This document shows positions 41,270-55,830 of a DNA stretch of 64,000 bases, in pieces; within the stretch, counting starts at the first letter, position 1; each line of letters starts with the position of its first letter. The stretch comes from the human T2T-CHM13v2.0 reference genome, Homo sapiens. The stretch is taken from assembly GCF_009914755.1 (NCBI RefSeq), contig NC_060930.1; one strand, given 5' to 3'. The notes under the pieces were generated by a model. That model was not told the DNA's origin. It saw only the letters and a program-made list of their open reading frames with translations, and made no database searches. The position numbers and the translations under genes were made by a program.

Positions 41270-42900
41270 CATCCATTCAATAACTATTTAACCTCAAATA
41301 TATGCATTTAAACTTAGAAATGTGGTACTGTAGAAAGAACCAGACAGGTTTGATTCCATTTTCAAGTGCTTATTGAGTAAATTGCTATGTGTCAATCATT
41401 CTGCTAAGTGTGGAATATGAGGTTGAGTGTTATTCTCTACCAACTGAGCTAGCTGGGCAACTAGGATATAAGGATAAACACACTTTGTGCAGCCCCAATC
41501 CCAGGAACTTTCTTTATTAGGTGCTACAGGCAAGGAAACAGACAATTCCACAATGTAATACGCCCTTTGATATGAAAATTTCAGTTTTCTATGGATCACT
41601 AAAGAAAATTTATTCCACACAGAGGACTAGCTTATAAAGATTCAGAGATGAAAGAATACATTATGCACCTTAGAATTTAAAAACAAACAAACAAACAACT
41701 CATTATAGATTACAGCGAGTAATGAGAGAGGAAGCTGGTTCCACTGTCCGAATCACATAATTCATGGATTTGTAAATTCTGAAAAAGTGTTAGGATATAT
41801 CAGGGATCAGTGGGAAAACACATAAGAGTTTCAAATAGAAGAGTAGCTTCAGAAGGAATACCTTGAGATGGACTACACTAAAGGCATACAAATCAACTAA
41901 AGGCTTAATCAATGATTCTGTAAGGAGATTACAGTGACTTGTACTAATACATGGCAGTAAGGATGAAGAGCATTTTCTTGCCAGGATAACTGTATCAGGT
42001 GAGATAACATGACTTGATAGTAAAAAAAAGAAGAATCAGCATTGCTTGAGCAGATATTAAACTAAGTTTTGGATAGACTGAATCTAAAGTGTTCTTCCAA
42101 ATGGAGGTATCTAAAAAGAAGTGTAATGTACAGTTTTTATTTAGATTGAGGATTTGGGAAAATCTCGATTGAAATGGCTATTAAAACCATGAAAAAGGAG
42201 ACAATACAGAGAGTTTATAGAGTGGAGAGAAACAAAGAACTGAGGGTAGCATTCCAAGGAATATCTACAACTTGGGTATGCAGAAAGAAAAAGAAGTCTA
42301 AAAAGAAGACCAAAGAATGATGACAAAGGTGAGATAAAGAGCAAAAGTTGAGAAGACAGGGAATGTAAGCAACTATTTCAAGAACTGTGACCCTTGTTGG
42401 AAGATAAAGTGACTATTAAATAGGATAGGAAAGCGAGAACATAAAATAAGATATATGTCTTAGAAACCTTTCATTATAATTATGTCTAAATACTAAAGAG
42501 AAGGCGCTATTACAACAAAGAATCTGGAGATATAGAAAGGAAGAGTGGTTTTGGTAGAGTTGGTTATTGATTGAACTAAATTTCTGAAATAGAGAGAGGA
42601 GTTGGGAGCCAGAACATCAGGGAGTTCAGATTTGAACTAGAAGACTTGCACTACTTTCCTTGTAATGTAGCCACAGAGAAAAAAATAAGACATAATAGAG
42701 ATGATTTTTTGGCTGTGATTGGAAGAAGTTAAGGTAATGCCTTCTTTCTCTGCTGATTAAGAGGGAAGATCATCTGCTATACATGCATTGGAAGTGGTGG
42801 GGTCAGACATTAGAAAAAGAAGGGAAATTCTAAAATTGTTTCTTTGGAAAACCGAGAAAGACCTCACTAGGAAAACATAAGGCAGGAAACACTAGGAAAA
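41270..42900 (-). mobile_element. Ancient L2 fragments
   Basis: gcttattgagt...ctatgtgtcaatcattctgctaagtg, aagaactgagggtagcattccaaggaat, caactatttcaagaac; purine-rich L2 antisense texture. Confidence 0.55.
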
Positions 42901-44084
42901 CATGTATTGCTGAACTGCACTGAGGGCCCAGTCAAATTTGAAGACCAATCATTTCCAGTGTCTCAAATCCTAATAGAGGCATGAATTCCTCATCAGTGTT
43001 GAGCATCACAGGAGAAATGGATTGAGGCAGGTTTGTAATTTTGCCAGGCAGATATCATAGATATTCAAAGAAGTAAGTTACTGAAGAAAATAGATTGTTC
43101 TGAGCATGTTTGAAGTAACTGACCATTTAATCTAATTTTTTTTACAGAAAAATAAGTGAATCTAAGAAGACATTGATAACTTTATGGGAAAATGTAGAGG
43201 TTAGAGAGCCTGTGAGCAGAAAATATAGTATAGAGAAAGAGACTTTATGACTGAGCAGGAAGGCTATGGTATCTGTTGATTTAAAAAAATCACCCAATCA
43301 TATACACGTAAATGGTGCACATTTCATTAATAATATGTGACTTAATAGCCCCAAAACATTGCAGAAACTGTCACTGAAAGGAGATATATGATTAGGACAG
43401 ATGTATAAATTCATTCACATAGAGAAAGTTATTTAGTAATATTTTGTTGTTCTACTTTGTTTTAAAAGGTTGAGGTTTCCTGTTGAAAATTGACATTACA
43501 AACTGTCTCCCAAAAGAAGTTTAGAAGTTAGAGATAAGTGTTAACATAGGTCTAACACTTACACATAAGTAGTATGTATAACATGGGGTAAAAATATTTT
43601 TATGTTAGATCTGACAAGACTAGCATAAATATACAAGGAAACTCTAATATTGCATATAACACATCATAAAAAATTGAAGAAGAGAGGCTTTATGTTATCA
43701 TATAATGCAATCTTATTGGATTCATGAGCAATTATGATGAATTTCTTTAAAAGCTTGTTTTTCCATTTCAGAAAAAAATGTAAACCTTGAGAATCTTAGA
43801 TGATAGGGCATGGAGTGACAGAAATGTGGAATCTGTAAAAACTGAATGGTCATAAGAAAGTCACTCAAACCTAACTGGTTTGACTTACGACATTTTTGGA
43901 AGAATAACATGAGTTAATACATTTGTGTGAAAATGTCTGCAACTGTGAAGATGTGGTGTTTGAAGTATTAATAAAACTGTAAGATAATTATTAAAATGTA
44001 TTTTATATCTTCAAAAAATGTGTTATGAGATTTTTAGATGTAGCTTTCTTTTAAGAATATGTATAGGAATAATAATATCAATAT

Positions 44085-44310
44085 TTTACAGTCACTTAAT
44101 CTCCTCCAAGAGTTACACATAGTGCCCAACAAGTGATAAGTATTATCTAACTTTATTCTCTCAATCCTATGATGTAGGTAATACTACAGCGATGATAATC
44201 ATAGTTACTATAATCATATAATCACAATCACATTTTACACAAGATAAAATTGAGGCTTAGAAAGCTTAAATGACTTAGCAAAATTACTCAGCTGACATTT
44301 GGTTCTTGAT
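44085..44310 (-). mobile_element. MIR SINE
   Basis: caatcctatgatgtaggta, cattttacacaagataaaattgaggcttagaaagcttaaatgacttagc. Confidence 0.7.
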
Positions 44311-44840
44311 TTGCCTAGCACATTTATGACCACAGATAAAACCAAAATGAGAGTTTAGTAATAAAATTTTAAAGCGGAGTTCAACAGTATTTGATTACAC
44401 AGTATCAATAAGGATATTTCCAATTGCTATATGCATTACAAAGACACTTGAAGAAACACTGATAAAATAACTGAATTAATCACAACTATCTAGTATTATA
44501 AATCTCTCCAAAAATACAAAGGATAATTTGTTTATTCACAGTGAGTCATTTTAGGTATTCTGTTTTATTAGATAAATGTGTACAAATTATGTTCTGCACT
44601 CTCTTGTACTCAGATTATCATGGAAAAAAAAATAAGCTCAGACAATTTTGACTCATTAACTCTACTTATTTACTCTCGCTCCTCTGGACAGGCTGTGCCC
44701 TTGAAGAGGAACTGGCAAGGTTAGGCATCATCCTCCTGGTGATGCTGTCCAGGCATAGAGGCCTGTGATAAGCATTCAATTAAAAGCAGCTCAATTATTT
44801 ATAAAGACTGTTAGATCAAATAATGCTTAATGCTAGCTTT

Positions 44841-46073
44841 CATTTCATTTATTCATTTTCTAATTGACAAAAATTGTGTATATTTAAATTACACACACAC
44901 ATACATGACTTTTTATATGTAAACATGTTTAAGTGCCTAAATTGAGCTAATTAATATGTGAATTCCCATATATATATATATACCTAAATTTTGTGGTGAG
45001 AACACTTAAAATCTACTTTCTTAATTTCTATAATTTTCAAGTATATAATATATTGTTATTAACTATAATCGTCATGTTGTAGAATGAATCTCTTGAATTT
45101 ATTCACTCTGTTTATTAAAATTTGCATCCTTTGACCAACATCTCTATAATCCCTCAGAACACCCTAACCTCTGGTAGCTACCATTCTACTCTCACTTACT
45201 ATGAGTTTGCCTTTTTAGATTTCACACATAAGTGACATCACTGGTATTCAACCTCCTGAGCCTCACTTATTTCACTTAACATAATGTCCTCCAAGTCCAT
45301 CCACGTTGTAGTAAATGAGAGGATTTCTTTGTGTTTATATTCCATTATGTAATATACCACTTTTTCTTCATTCATTCACCCATTGATAGAGACAGGTTGA
45401 TTCCATATCTTGGCTATTGTAGATAATACTACAATGAAGTGGGAGTGCGAACATCTCTTCACATATTGATTTCATTTCCTGTGTATATATGCTCAGTAGT
45501 GAGATTGTAGGATCATATGGTAGTTCTATGATCCCTCCCTTTAACTTTTTGAGGAACCTTTATAATGTTTTCCAAAAGAGCTGTACTAATTTACATTTCT
45601 ACCAACAGTGCATAAGAGTTCCCTTTTCCCCACATCCTCACCAACAATTATTACTTTTTGTCATTTTGTTAATACTCATTCCAACAGGTGTGAGGTAATA
45701 ACTTATTATGGTTTTAATTTTCATTTGCCAGATGATTAGTGATGTGGTACATTTTTCATAAACCTATTAATCATTCATATGTCTTCTTTTGAGAAATGTC
45801 TACTCAGGTCCTTTGATCATTTTTGTCAGGTTATTTTCTTTTATTTTTTGCTATTGAGTTTGAGTTCTTTATATATTTGGGTATTAATCACTTATCTGAT
45901 TTGCGCATTTAATCATTTTCCCCAATTCTGTAGGTTGTCTCTTTACTCTGTTGTTTCTTTTTCTTCCAAAAGCTTTTTAGTTTCATTTAATTCCATTTGT
46001 GTATTTCTGCTTTTGTTGTCTGTGCTTTTGGGGTCATATCCAAAAAATCATTGCCAAGAATATTGTCTTGAAG
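44841..46073 (-). mobile_element. L1MA-type 3' end
   Basis: tgtggtgagaacacttaaaatctact, ccattctactctc, tttttgaggaacctt, tgtcttcttttgagaaatgtctactcagg. Confidence 0.88.
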
Positions 46074-46987
46074 GGAATTCTAATAAGGCTATTAGCATAT
46101 TTCTCAGCATAAACTTTACAGGCCAAGAGAGAGTGGGGTGATATATTCAAAATACTGAATGAAAATAACTGCCATCCAAAACTACATTATTTGTCAAGGC
46201 TGTTCTTCAGAAGAAATGGAGAGATCGTTTACCAGATAAACAAAAGCTGAAGGAGTTCATCACCACTGAATCTGCCTTACAGGAAATGCTAAAATGAGTT
46301 CTTCAAACTGAAAGAAAGGGTGCTAATTTGTAACACACAACATAAAGTATAAAACTCACTGGTAAAAGTAAGTACATAGCCAAATTTAGAATACTCTGAT
46401 ACTGTAATGGTAGTGTATAAATCACGTATTGTTAGTATGAAGGTTAAAAGTCAAAATTTTTAAAATAATATAGCTATGATAATTTGTTAAACCATATGCA
46501 ATGTGACAAGATAAATTATAACATTAAAAATGTAAAATGTCAGGGGGAGGAAGTAAATATGTAGAGTTTTTATATGCAAACAAAATTTAAGTGTTATCAG
46601 CTCAAAATAGCTGGTTATAATTATAATTTTTTTGTAAGCCTCATGGTAACCATAAAACAAAAACCTATAGCAGATAGGCAAAAGATTAAAAGTGAGGAAT
46701 GAAACCATACCACTAGGGAAAATTACTTAATCAGAAAGGAAGACAGCAGGAGAGAAAGAAAGAAACCAAAAACCAACAAAACAACCAGAAAACAATTAAC
46801 AAAATATCAGTAGTAAGTCCTTACTTACGAATAATTAACTTGAATGTAAATGGATTAAATTTTCTAAACAAAAGACATAAAGGCTGAATAGATAAAAAAC
46901 AAACACCAAGACCCAACTATATGTTGCCTGTAAGAGATTCACTTCACATCTAAGGACACACATACTTTGAACATGAAGGAATGAAGA
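46071..46987 (+). mobile_element. L1M ORF1 end, inter-ORF spacer and ORF2 start (opposite orientation to the adjacent 3' end)
   Basis: caggccaagagagagtgg, aaacaaaagctgaaggagttcatcaccact, ttgaatgtaaatggattaaat (endonuclease LNVNGLN), acccaactatatgttgcct. Confidence 0.85.
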
Positions 46988-48189
46988 AATGCTAATTTAT
47001 ATTTATGTGTATAAAAGTAGCTTTTATAAAGTATTCCTTATTTTGTAAGTTAGCTTTAATTGTGGTGAGCGACCACAAGTATAATATCAATACCTTGGTC
47101 ACATCATGGTGATATATAAAGTCAGACTTTTCGGAAAATGTGTATCATGCTTTCTATTGTTAATGTATTTGCCAAAACAAAAAATCCAACTTAAATATCC
47201 AATAATAAATATCATATGAAATAAGTAAAAATTTAAAGCACAGATTAATTTACTATAATATTATAATAGATTTAACCTAATCCTGCAAATATCCTTAGGC
47301 TTGTGCAGAGTTAGCAGACTCTAACTCTTCGAAGAGAGACACGTTCCCTAGGCAACCACTGCTCTATGATCCCAACCCATATTTTTATCTAGAATGTGAA
47401 GAACAACTTTGTTCTTTGCTTATGAGCCACATGGCTCTGCTTAAGCAGGTATAAAATGATGAGAAATTACATATTCCTTGTATAGCCATACAGTGTTCTT
47501 CCACTCTTCACTACGAGCATCACCCTTCTCGTCCCCACTCCCTGCAGTATAGCCCCACTGATCTTCAGGTTATGTGGAGAATGCTTCTCAGAAAATGAAG
47601 CCCTTCAGTGGCAAGCGTAATTAAAAATGGAGAAGGAGATGGGTTATGGTTGAAAAGACTCTGGCATTGGACCAAGACTTCTCAATTACATGAGCCAATA
47701 ATTTCTTATTTTTAAAAAAATTGCAAATGTGAGTTTCACTTCTACAGTTGCTGAAGGAATTAATTTTAGTGACTGCATCTTCTCGGCTTTCTTCATCAAT
47801 TATATATTTATCATTTAATTCTTTAAATATCATTCTATCTTAGAGTAAAACAGAAATAAAAACAATAACAGAATTGAATGCTCATGCTGTTCTGTGAGTA
47901 AGCTCATTCTAGACTGTTGTCCATTTCTAGGTTTCCTTGTTAGCTAACTTGGTTTGTCAGAATGAGCTGTTGAGTCACGTATGAGTTATAGATTCATGGA
48001 TGTACTGATCCTTGTACTTCCTGGGTATAGCTGGATGGAACCTGAAGCTGCTAGAGATACCATAGCCCTTTATCAGAGAGTACCATATTAATACAATAAT
48101 TGTCTGTTTGAAGTTGTGAAGCATCAAGCTAGATCTTGTGTTATTCCTAACTTACTTAGAAGCCTGAATATATGTTACACATTAAACAC

Positions 48190-48297
48190 AAATTACTGGA
48201 GATTTTGATTCAGTAGGTCTGAAGTTGGATAAAATAATCTGCATTTCAAAAATCTCTCTTGATGACTCTAATTATCTTCCAGGTTAAGAAACATCAA
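48190..48297. mobile_element. MER5-type hAT MITE fragment
   Basis: gagattttgattcagtaggtctg...aatctgcatttc...ttaagaaac. Confidence 0.6.
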
Positions 48298-50131
48298 ACC
48301 AAATAAATATTTCAAATTATGAGATTAAATTATTCTAAGTCTGCTTTAAATTCTGTTATGGGGTTACATCACATGGGAACATTAAGTTTTAGAAATAGTT
48401 GATTAAAACATCACAAAGTTGTTAAGAAGAAATGACCATGGCATATCCTCCTTAGTCAATACCCACAATGCAGCATCCCTGGTAGCTGTGCCGAAATGTG
48501 CCTTTTGGGGATGGGATTATACCTGCTGAAGATACGTGCCTGCATTACAGAAAGCATGTGGCAGTGAATATGTTCCTTAAATGGCCTTGCTTAATGCTTT
48601 TCCTGCCATGAAGTATCTTAGCAAGTAGGATGGTGGAAAAGCAAACAAACAAAAAGTACAGTCAGTTGTTAATTATAAAGCTTAAGAAAAGGCATTTCAT
48701 GTATGGTATTGATTTTTTCCTCAAACCATAAAGACAAAATTTATCATATTTTACCGACAAAGACGACCTTTTTAGAAGTCCAAACTTTCTTGAAAGGAAA
48801 AAAAATGGCTCTGAAAAAAATAATTTTTATTTTATATAAAAACCTTTGTCCATCTCTGAGATTAAGAATAAATGTATCAGAGTTGAGAAGGTGGATTCAG
48901 GTTGACACATGGAATGCATAACAGCAGGCACTCTAAATTAAAGATAGCTGTCTTGGCAATGGAATTAGTATGATGCAAGATAAACACCAAAGCTTTTAAG
49001 GATGCCTTCTTTTTTGTTTTTTTGGAAAAATTTCCTTTTGTCAAAATGGTGCACTCCTAATTAAACACTGGCAAACAAGGTCATTCAAGGCAGCATGGTA
49101 TTGGAATGAGGCTATGAGTAATAAAATGCTATCTTTTATCAAAATTTCAAGTTATCAGATTCAAATAAACATAATTCTGTTAGACAAAGTGCAGGTCAAA
49201 ATATAACACTGATTAGAGATAATTAATTCCCCATGGAAAATACTTCAGAAGATGCCAAAGTGCTTGTATTTGTACTCTATAAAGAAGTCAATAATTCTTC
49301 ATGTTTTCAATGCCTATGTTAATTGGAATTGCAGTTTAACATAAAGTTACTAATTAATTGTCCAGTGTTTATGCAATATTAATGTAACACTGCTTATTTC
49401 ATTATGAATATTTATATATCAAATTTATGAAAACATATTACTAGTAGGTTGAAAAGCCTAATATGTCATGGCTGCAACATGGTCGAGATGTTGTCCACTT
49501 AGAGATGTTTGATTTTATTGAGTTAGTAGAAATAATAATGCTTCTCAAATATATAACATTGAAAGACATGTTTTCCACTATAATAGCAAGACCACATCAA
49601 CTAAAACCATATGAAAACTACTAAAAAATCTTCTGTCAGAAGATGGAATCATACAAATAATGAATTATAATCTTCAGAATATATTTAACTGTAGTCTGGA
49701 AAAGTAGGTGAAAATTTTAAAAGTTAGACTTGAGATATATAATACTGGAGATGAACTATTTTTATATGTAACCATGCTTCTAATTTTCAAATATACAGAA
49801 TATAAAAATTGAAATGTATAGACAATCTGAATTGATAGATACTATATAACAAACTTAAAATTCAGATATTATTTAACTATGTAACAGGTTTTTATCACCT
49901 AGATGTTACCTTAACCAAATGATCAACTTAACATCACCAATCATGGGTTAAGTTGATATCAGGTGCTTCTTAAATTAATGAGCTGAGAAAAACACAATAT
50001 TACTTTGCTTGTGTTTCTGCCAAAAATGTTGAGCCTGATTCTAATCATGAGAAAATAATTAGATAAATCCAAACAGCAAAGCAAGTGGTCTAGAGTCTTC
50101 AAAATATCAATGTCATAAAGCATGAAGGACT

Positions 50132-50736
50132 TTTTTTAAAATTTTATTTTATTATTATTATACTTTAAGTTTTAGGGTACATGTGCACAATGTGCAGGTT
50201 TGTTACATATGTATACATGTGCCATGTTGGTGTGCTGCACCCATTAACTCGTCATTTAGCATTAGATATATCTCCTAATACTATCCCTCCCCCCTCCCCC
50301 CACCCCACAACAGTCCCCAGAGTGTGATGTTCCCCTTCCTGTGTCCATGTGTTCTCATTGTTCAATTCCCACCTATGAGTGAGAACATGCGGTGTTTGGT
50401 TTTTTGTCCTTGCCATAGTTTGCTGAGGATAGTTTCCAGTTTCATCCATGTCCCTACAAAGGACATGAACTCTTCATTTTTTATGGCTACATAGTATTCC
50501 ATGGTGTATATGTGCCACATTTTCTTAATCCAGTCTATCGTTGTTGGACATTTGGGTTGGTTCCAAGTCTTTGCTATTGTGAATAGTGCCGCAATAAATA
50601 TACGTGTGCATGTGTCTTTATAGCAGCATGATTTATAATCCTTTGGGTGTATACCCAGTAATGGCATGGCTGGGTCAAATGGTATTTCTAGTTCTAGATC
50701 CCTGAGGAATTGCCACACTGACTTCCACAATGGTTG
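50132..50736 (-). mobile_element. 5'-truncated L1PA3/4 3' end
   Basis: ttattatactttaagttttagggtacatgtgcac...; ORF2 C-terminus ([16 protein letters not shown]...MFSLIGGN) in the ORF track. Confidence 0.95.
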
Positions 50737-50753
50737 TAAAAAGAGTAAACTTG

Positions 50754-51029
<276 letters not shown>

Positions 51030-51319
51030 TTACTAGATGCAAAAGAATGAAAATGAGAGAGAAAGAGGGAAAGAAAATGTGGCAAAATATTAGAAATTGA
51101 TAACTCTTGATGAAAGAAGATATATATTTAGTGTACGTTTCTTGCAATTGTAATGCAAATTCAAAATTTTTCAAAATAAAAACTTTTTGAGGAAATGGGA
51201 TATTTTCTGGCTTACATAATTCATATACTCAACAAACCTCTATGGCTTAAAAGACTTGATGAGAAAATAACCTGAGCTGTAATAAAGGAATGAGGATGAA
51301 GGGAGAAGTATAACATAGT

Positions 51320-51460
51320 AGGTCTGGGATGAGGATCCCTGATTCTAATTCAGGTTGACCAGCTGACAGGTCATGACCAATCATTTCATATTTCTTGGCA
51401 TCAGATTGTTCATTTGTAGCATGATAGAACTGAACCAAGATGAGCTCAGAAGTCACATAT
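51320..51460 (+). mobile_element. MIR3/MIR SINE
   Basis: cctgattctaattc...catcagattgttcatttgtagcatga...ccaagatgagctc. Confidence 0.5.
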
Positions 51461-52444
51461 AATTTAGAGCCAATGGTGTTTAGAGACAGAATGACAGGAA
51501 AGAGACAATCCTAATTAAAAAGAACTTGAACATAATCAATAATCCACGATGGATACTTGGAACTATACTTCTTTTGGAAAATGCTAGAATCTGGGCAATT
51601 AGCAGGACTGTTTAGTGCTTAATATTCCAACGAACTTTGATGTTCTTACTCTTCACTATGATTCTTCAAGGAAAAGCAAACACTGGACTTGGAACATTAT
51701 CAACCTCACTAAATTATTACTGCTAGCATCTGGTAGAGTACCTCGTGCTGAAGGAATTTCTACAGAAATGTAAAAGTTAAAAAATGAGCAAATTGCCTAA
51801 TGATTGATGTGCTCAACAATCCACATATGGAAGGAGGAACACATTTTATAGCCTTGAAAAAGCACATCAGTTATATGTTTGCACAGGCACATAAACTGTG
51901 CTGCTGTGCACGTCATTGAGGTTTTTTAAAAAAATCTATTGTAGGAAAGATATTTAACATAGAGTAAACTTCGTCCAACAGATCACAGATTAATCCCTGG
52001 CTCAGGATTCTTAATAGAATACTAGGGAAATTTCTTTGTTATGTTCATTTTATTATGTTTATTAAAGCAGTTTTTGGAAAAGTTGAAAAGGCTGGTTGTC
52101 TTAAGACACACTGAAGTACTGTAATTACCAGGAGAATAAGAGAACATGAGATCCAGAAAAAAGGAGACATGCTGATTTATCATAAAAATATGGTAATTCC
52201 AATGTGGTTATTTTCATTGGAATGACATCTCAATGCATATGAAGTCAAGGACACGCTTCTTTCCTGAGACTTGAGATCCTTCCAGTTTAGTCTCATTCTT
52301 TATATAAAGCATAAAATTCTTATACCTGACACTATGAATTTATTATACTGTTAGCATTTCCTGGACAAATATTGTTTCCTCTCATATTTGTGTCTTTGGC
52401 AAATTAGTAAGGTTATAATACCATCTCCAAGGATCATTCCCCTA

Positions 52445-52650
52445 GGAGGCAGTATAGTGCAGTGTTTAAGAGGATAGAGTCAGAAAATCAGTTTTTGAGC
52501 TTTGAGTTGTAGGAGTTTCTTACATAATCCCGCTAAGCCCTAGGCTTTTCATTTAAAAAAATTGATATAACAATAGTTTTTATAGCATACATTTATTAAT
52601 ATGATTAAATGAGAGAATTTACATACAGCAATTTGCACAGAGACTACCCC
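52445..52650 (+). mobile_element. MIR SINE
   Basis: gaggcagtatagtgcagtgtttaagag...gattaaatgagagaat. Confidence 0.65.
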
Positions 52651-53909
52651 AGAGCAAAAACACTTTCTTCACAATTCCCCTCCTATTATTTTCATATTTT
52701 ATTTGTTCTTTTGTGGTGCCTATCACATTCTTGCAAGAGCCGTGCAGTCCTCATCATTAAATTATAAATTTCCTGTGAACAGGTAAAGTATGTTACCCAT
52801 TTTTTTATCTACAGAACAACAAAAGTAGAATATACAATAGAGGTTTTTAGTAAATGTTTGTTTAAATGACTTGAGTCATTGAAATTTTAACACAAATACT
52901 TTATCTTATCTTTTGGTATTAATGCAGAATCTACTGAATCTACTATATTAACACTGAATATTCTAAAAAAATATTCAAGTTTCAGCACATTGACATAAAA
53001 GCAAATTATTTTTTGAGACTATTTAATACTTTCCCTACATTCTTGATATTCTATGTTGCTGTAGTTCAAATTACAGCAAACTACAACTTTATTGGCTCTG
53101 GTGCTCCATAATTTGATTCACCTTATGACTGAAGAGCTACTTTTAAATTTCCTTTGAGACATCCAGCCTTTCACCCATTCACCCATTCTGTAAAAATTTA
53201 AAAAAAAATGCCCACCAGGAAAGCCCTGACTTCCCATGATTTACTGATTTCTATGATTCATCTTAGAGATTCCGATCATTTAAATTAATTTTGTGAATCA
53301 GGCTGTGTATTCTGTGCTGTGAAAATAAAAACCTAATGTTCCACAACTGACTCAGTTAAAAATGACAATCAACAGAAAAACCCACACAAAGTCACCCAAA
53401 AGTTCAGCTTAGTCATCAAACCATGTTTGCTGAGAGAAGTTAAAATTTAAATTTATTTTCCAACATGATTATTCCTAAATTTTGCAGTTTTCAGAAACAG
53501 AAACTTTTAACATAGTAAATATGATAAAGGCAACATTTTTGCCTTTATGCACCGTTTCTTTTTTTTTCTTTTTTGGACAAAAAGTTTGTAAAATGCATAA
53601 TCTAGCTGTATCACATACAATTGAATTATATAGTATCTCCCTCTACTTCCATGTATGGGCTGTCTCCACTTAGGATTATTTACCCATGTTATTTCCCCTA
53701 AACACCCTATTCTTTTTCCACCTTTCTACTTTTGCGCAAACTGAATCCTCCATCTAAAAGTTGTTTCTTAACTTCAGAATTCTCTTTCCACCATTACATA
53801 TTCTTTAAGACCTAGCTGTGGTTCAAGTTGTCTCTCACTGTTATCATTTTTCAGCTAATGTATTATTCAATATTAATGTTTCCTTATTTACATAAATATG
53901 CTCTGCTTC

Positions 53910-54427
53910 AATCCCATTACTGGGTATATACCTAAAAGATTATAAATCATTCTCCTATAAAGACACATGCACACATATGTTTATTGTGGCACTATTCACA
54001 ATAGCAAAGACTTGGAACCAACCCAAATGCCCATCAATGATAGACTGGATAAAGAAAGTGTGGCACATATACACCATGGAATACTATGCAGCCATAAAAA
54101 AGGATGAGTTCATGGTCTTTGCAGGGACATGGATGAAGCTGGAAACCATCATTCTCAGCAAACTAGCACAAGAACAGAGAACCAAACACCGCATGTTCTC
54201 ACTCATAAGTGGGAGTTGAACAATTAGAACACACGGACACAGGGAGGGGAACATCATACACTGGGGCCTGTCAGGGGTTAGGGGGCTACGGGAGGGAGAG
54301 CATTAGGAGAAATACCTAATGTAGATGAATGGTTGAGAGGTGCAGCAAACCACCATGGCATGTGTATACCTCTGTAACAAACCTGCACGTTCTGCACGTG
54401 TACCCCAGAATTTAAAGTATAATTTTA
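53910..54427 (+). mobile_element. 5'-truncated L1PA7-type 3' end
   Basis: 3'UTR taatgtagatga...gcagcaaaccaccatggca. TSD aaatatgctctgcttc (53894-53909) / aaaaatgttctgcttc (54428-54443). Confidence 0.93.
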
Positions 54428-55469
54428 AAAAATGTTCTGCTTCTGCTGTAAGAATATAAGCAGGCTCAAATCATTAATGTTTTTCCTTCACAGTACCTAC
54501 CTGAGGAACATGAGCTGACTTTGTGTGAAATGCTTTCTAGTGCAAGCACATAGAGTATCTATGTATACACAGAAAGAAAAGTGCTTTGTAGATTCTGGTC
54601 AAGCTTAAAATAGAATGACAGGTTTGCATAGAATAGAATTATAGGCTCATAAGACTGTTATCTTATAGAAATGAAACAAGGTAGTGAAATTGAGAATGCT
54701 TTTGCTTGGCTTTCCCTCTGCACATAGATTTCTGATGATAAATTTCTTTCTTTTGATTATAAGAGCATGGAGATGACAAGGCACGTTATAAATAATCAAA
54801 GACATGACTTTATAGCTTTACATAGAGGAGCATAAATAATATCTGCATTAACAAAATATGCAAAATTCTTGAGACCAAAGATAATCATATGTGGTGAACG
54901 GGTTCTGCGTTTGTTGGTTGAAATCTCATTGTTAACTTTTTGCATTTATTGGCTGAAACTTTCTTGTTAACTTTTTAATTTTTCTGTCATAGTTAAACAT
55001 TTAACCATCTGACAAAAAGGGAAACACATTTATGCTCATTTGTAACACTGTTTGATTCTTCCTAATACTGTGTAAGTTATGCTTTTTGAATTTGTCAGAA
55101 TTCTATTTTAGATGCCATAATTTATTTAATAATTCATTTTCTACAAGTGAAAATTATATCTTTAAAAAATCCCTCCCAAATAAAGGAAAAACCAAATCTT
55201 TAGGAATCTTAATTATAAATTTAATTTTTTTCATGATTACGTGTATGAGATGTGCCTTGTAATTAGAACTCATATTGCTATTTAAGTAAAGCAATTAAAG
55301 TTTGTTTGTATGTATGCTAATAAATGAGGCCAATGAATACAATCATGAAATTTATGTATTTTATTTGAATGTTTTGTATTAATGCTAGGATGAAATACTA
55401 CCAATAATAGGTAGAAATTTGAGAGGATTCTACTTTTGAAAGAAGAAAACTGTACTGGATGAACTCCAC

Positions 55470-55830
55470 ATTTATAGTTTTTCCCCAGAGGACCAGCCAC
55501 AGTCCATGTAGTGCAGTTTGATTAGCACTCAGGGAGACAGCCATGCTTTTATGGCTTGAGCCATCAGAGAATGGATTTTAGATCTCCCAGTAAAACCTGA
55601 ATTGGAGAAGAAATATTCAGATGAGATGAGAGCCACAAGGTAGGAAACCCCCATATCTGCATATTAACTCCCATGAACGCTGGCTGAATTGAATGCGTGT
55701 TTATAGTAGTGGAGGAGGAACTTCAAATAACCCATTGAAAAGCAGTTGAAAGACTAAAAAGGCAGAGTAAAGATTGGAGTTTTAAGTTTAAGTCCTGCAT
55801 TTTTAGATGGTCTTGATAAATAAATATTAC
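55470..55830 (+). mobile_element. Old L1M 5' region fragment
   Basis: Diverged similarity to 22290-22615 (e.g. gagagcc...catatctgcata, ggtcttgataaata). Confidence 0.4.

Noticed and set aside
47971-47977. AP-1 site TGAGTCA (several others in the window)
   Set aside because: A 7-mer expected several times by chance in 64 kb.
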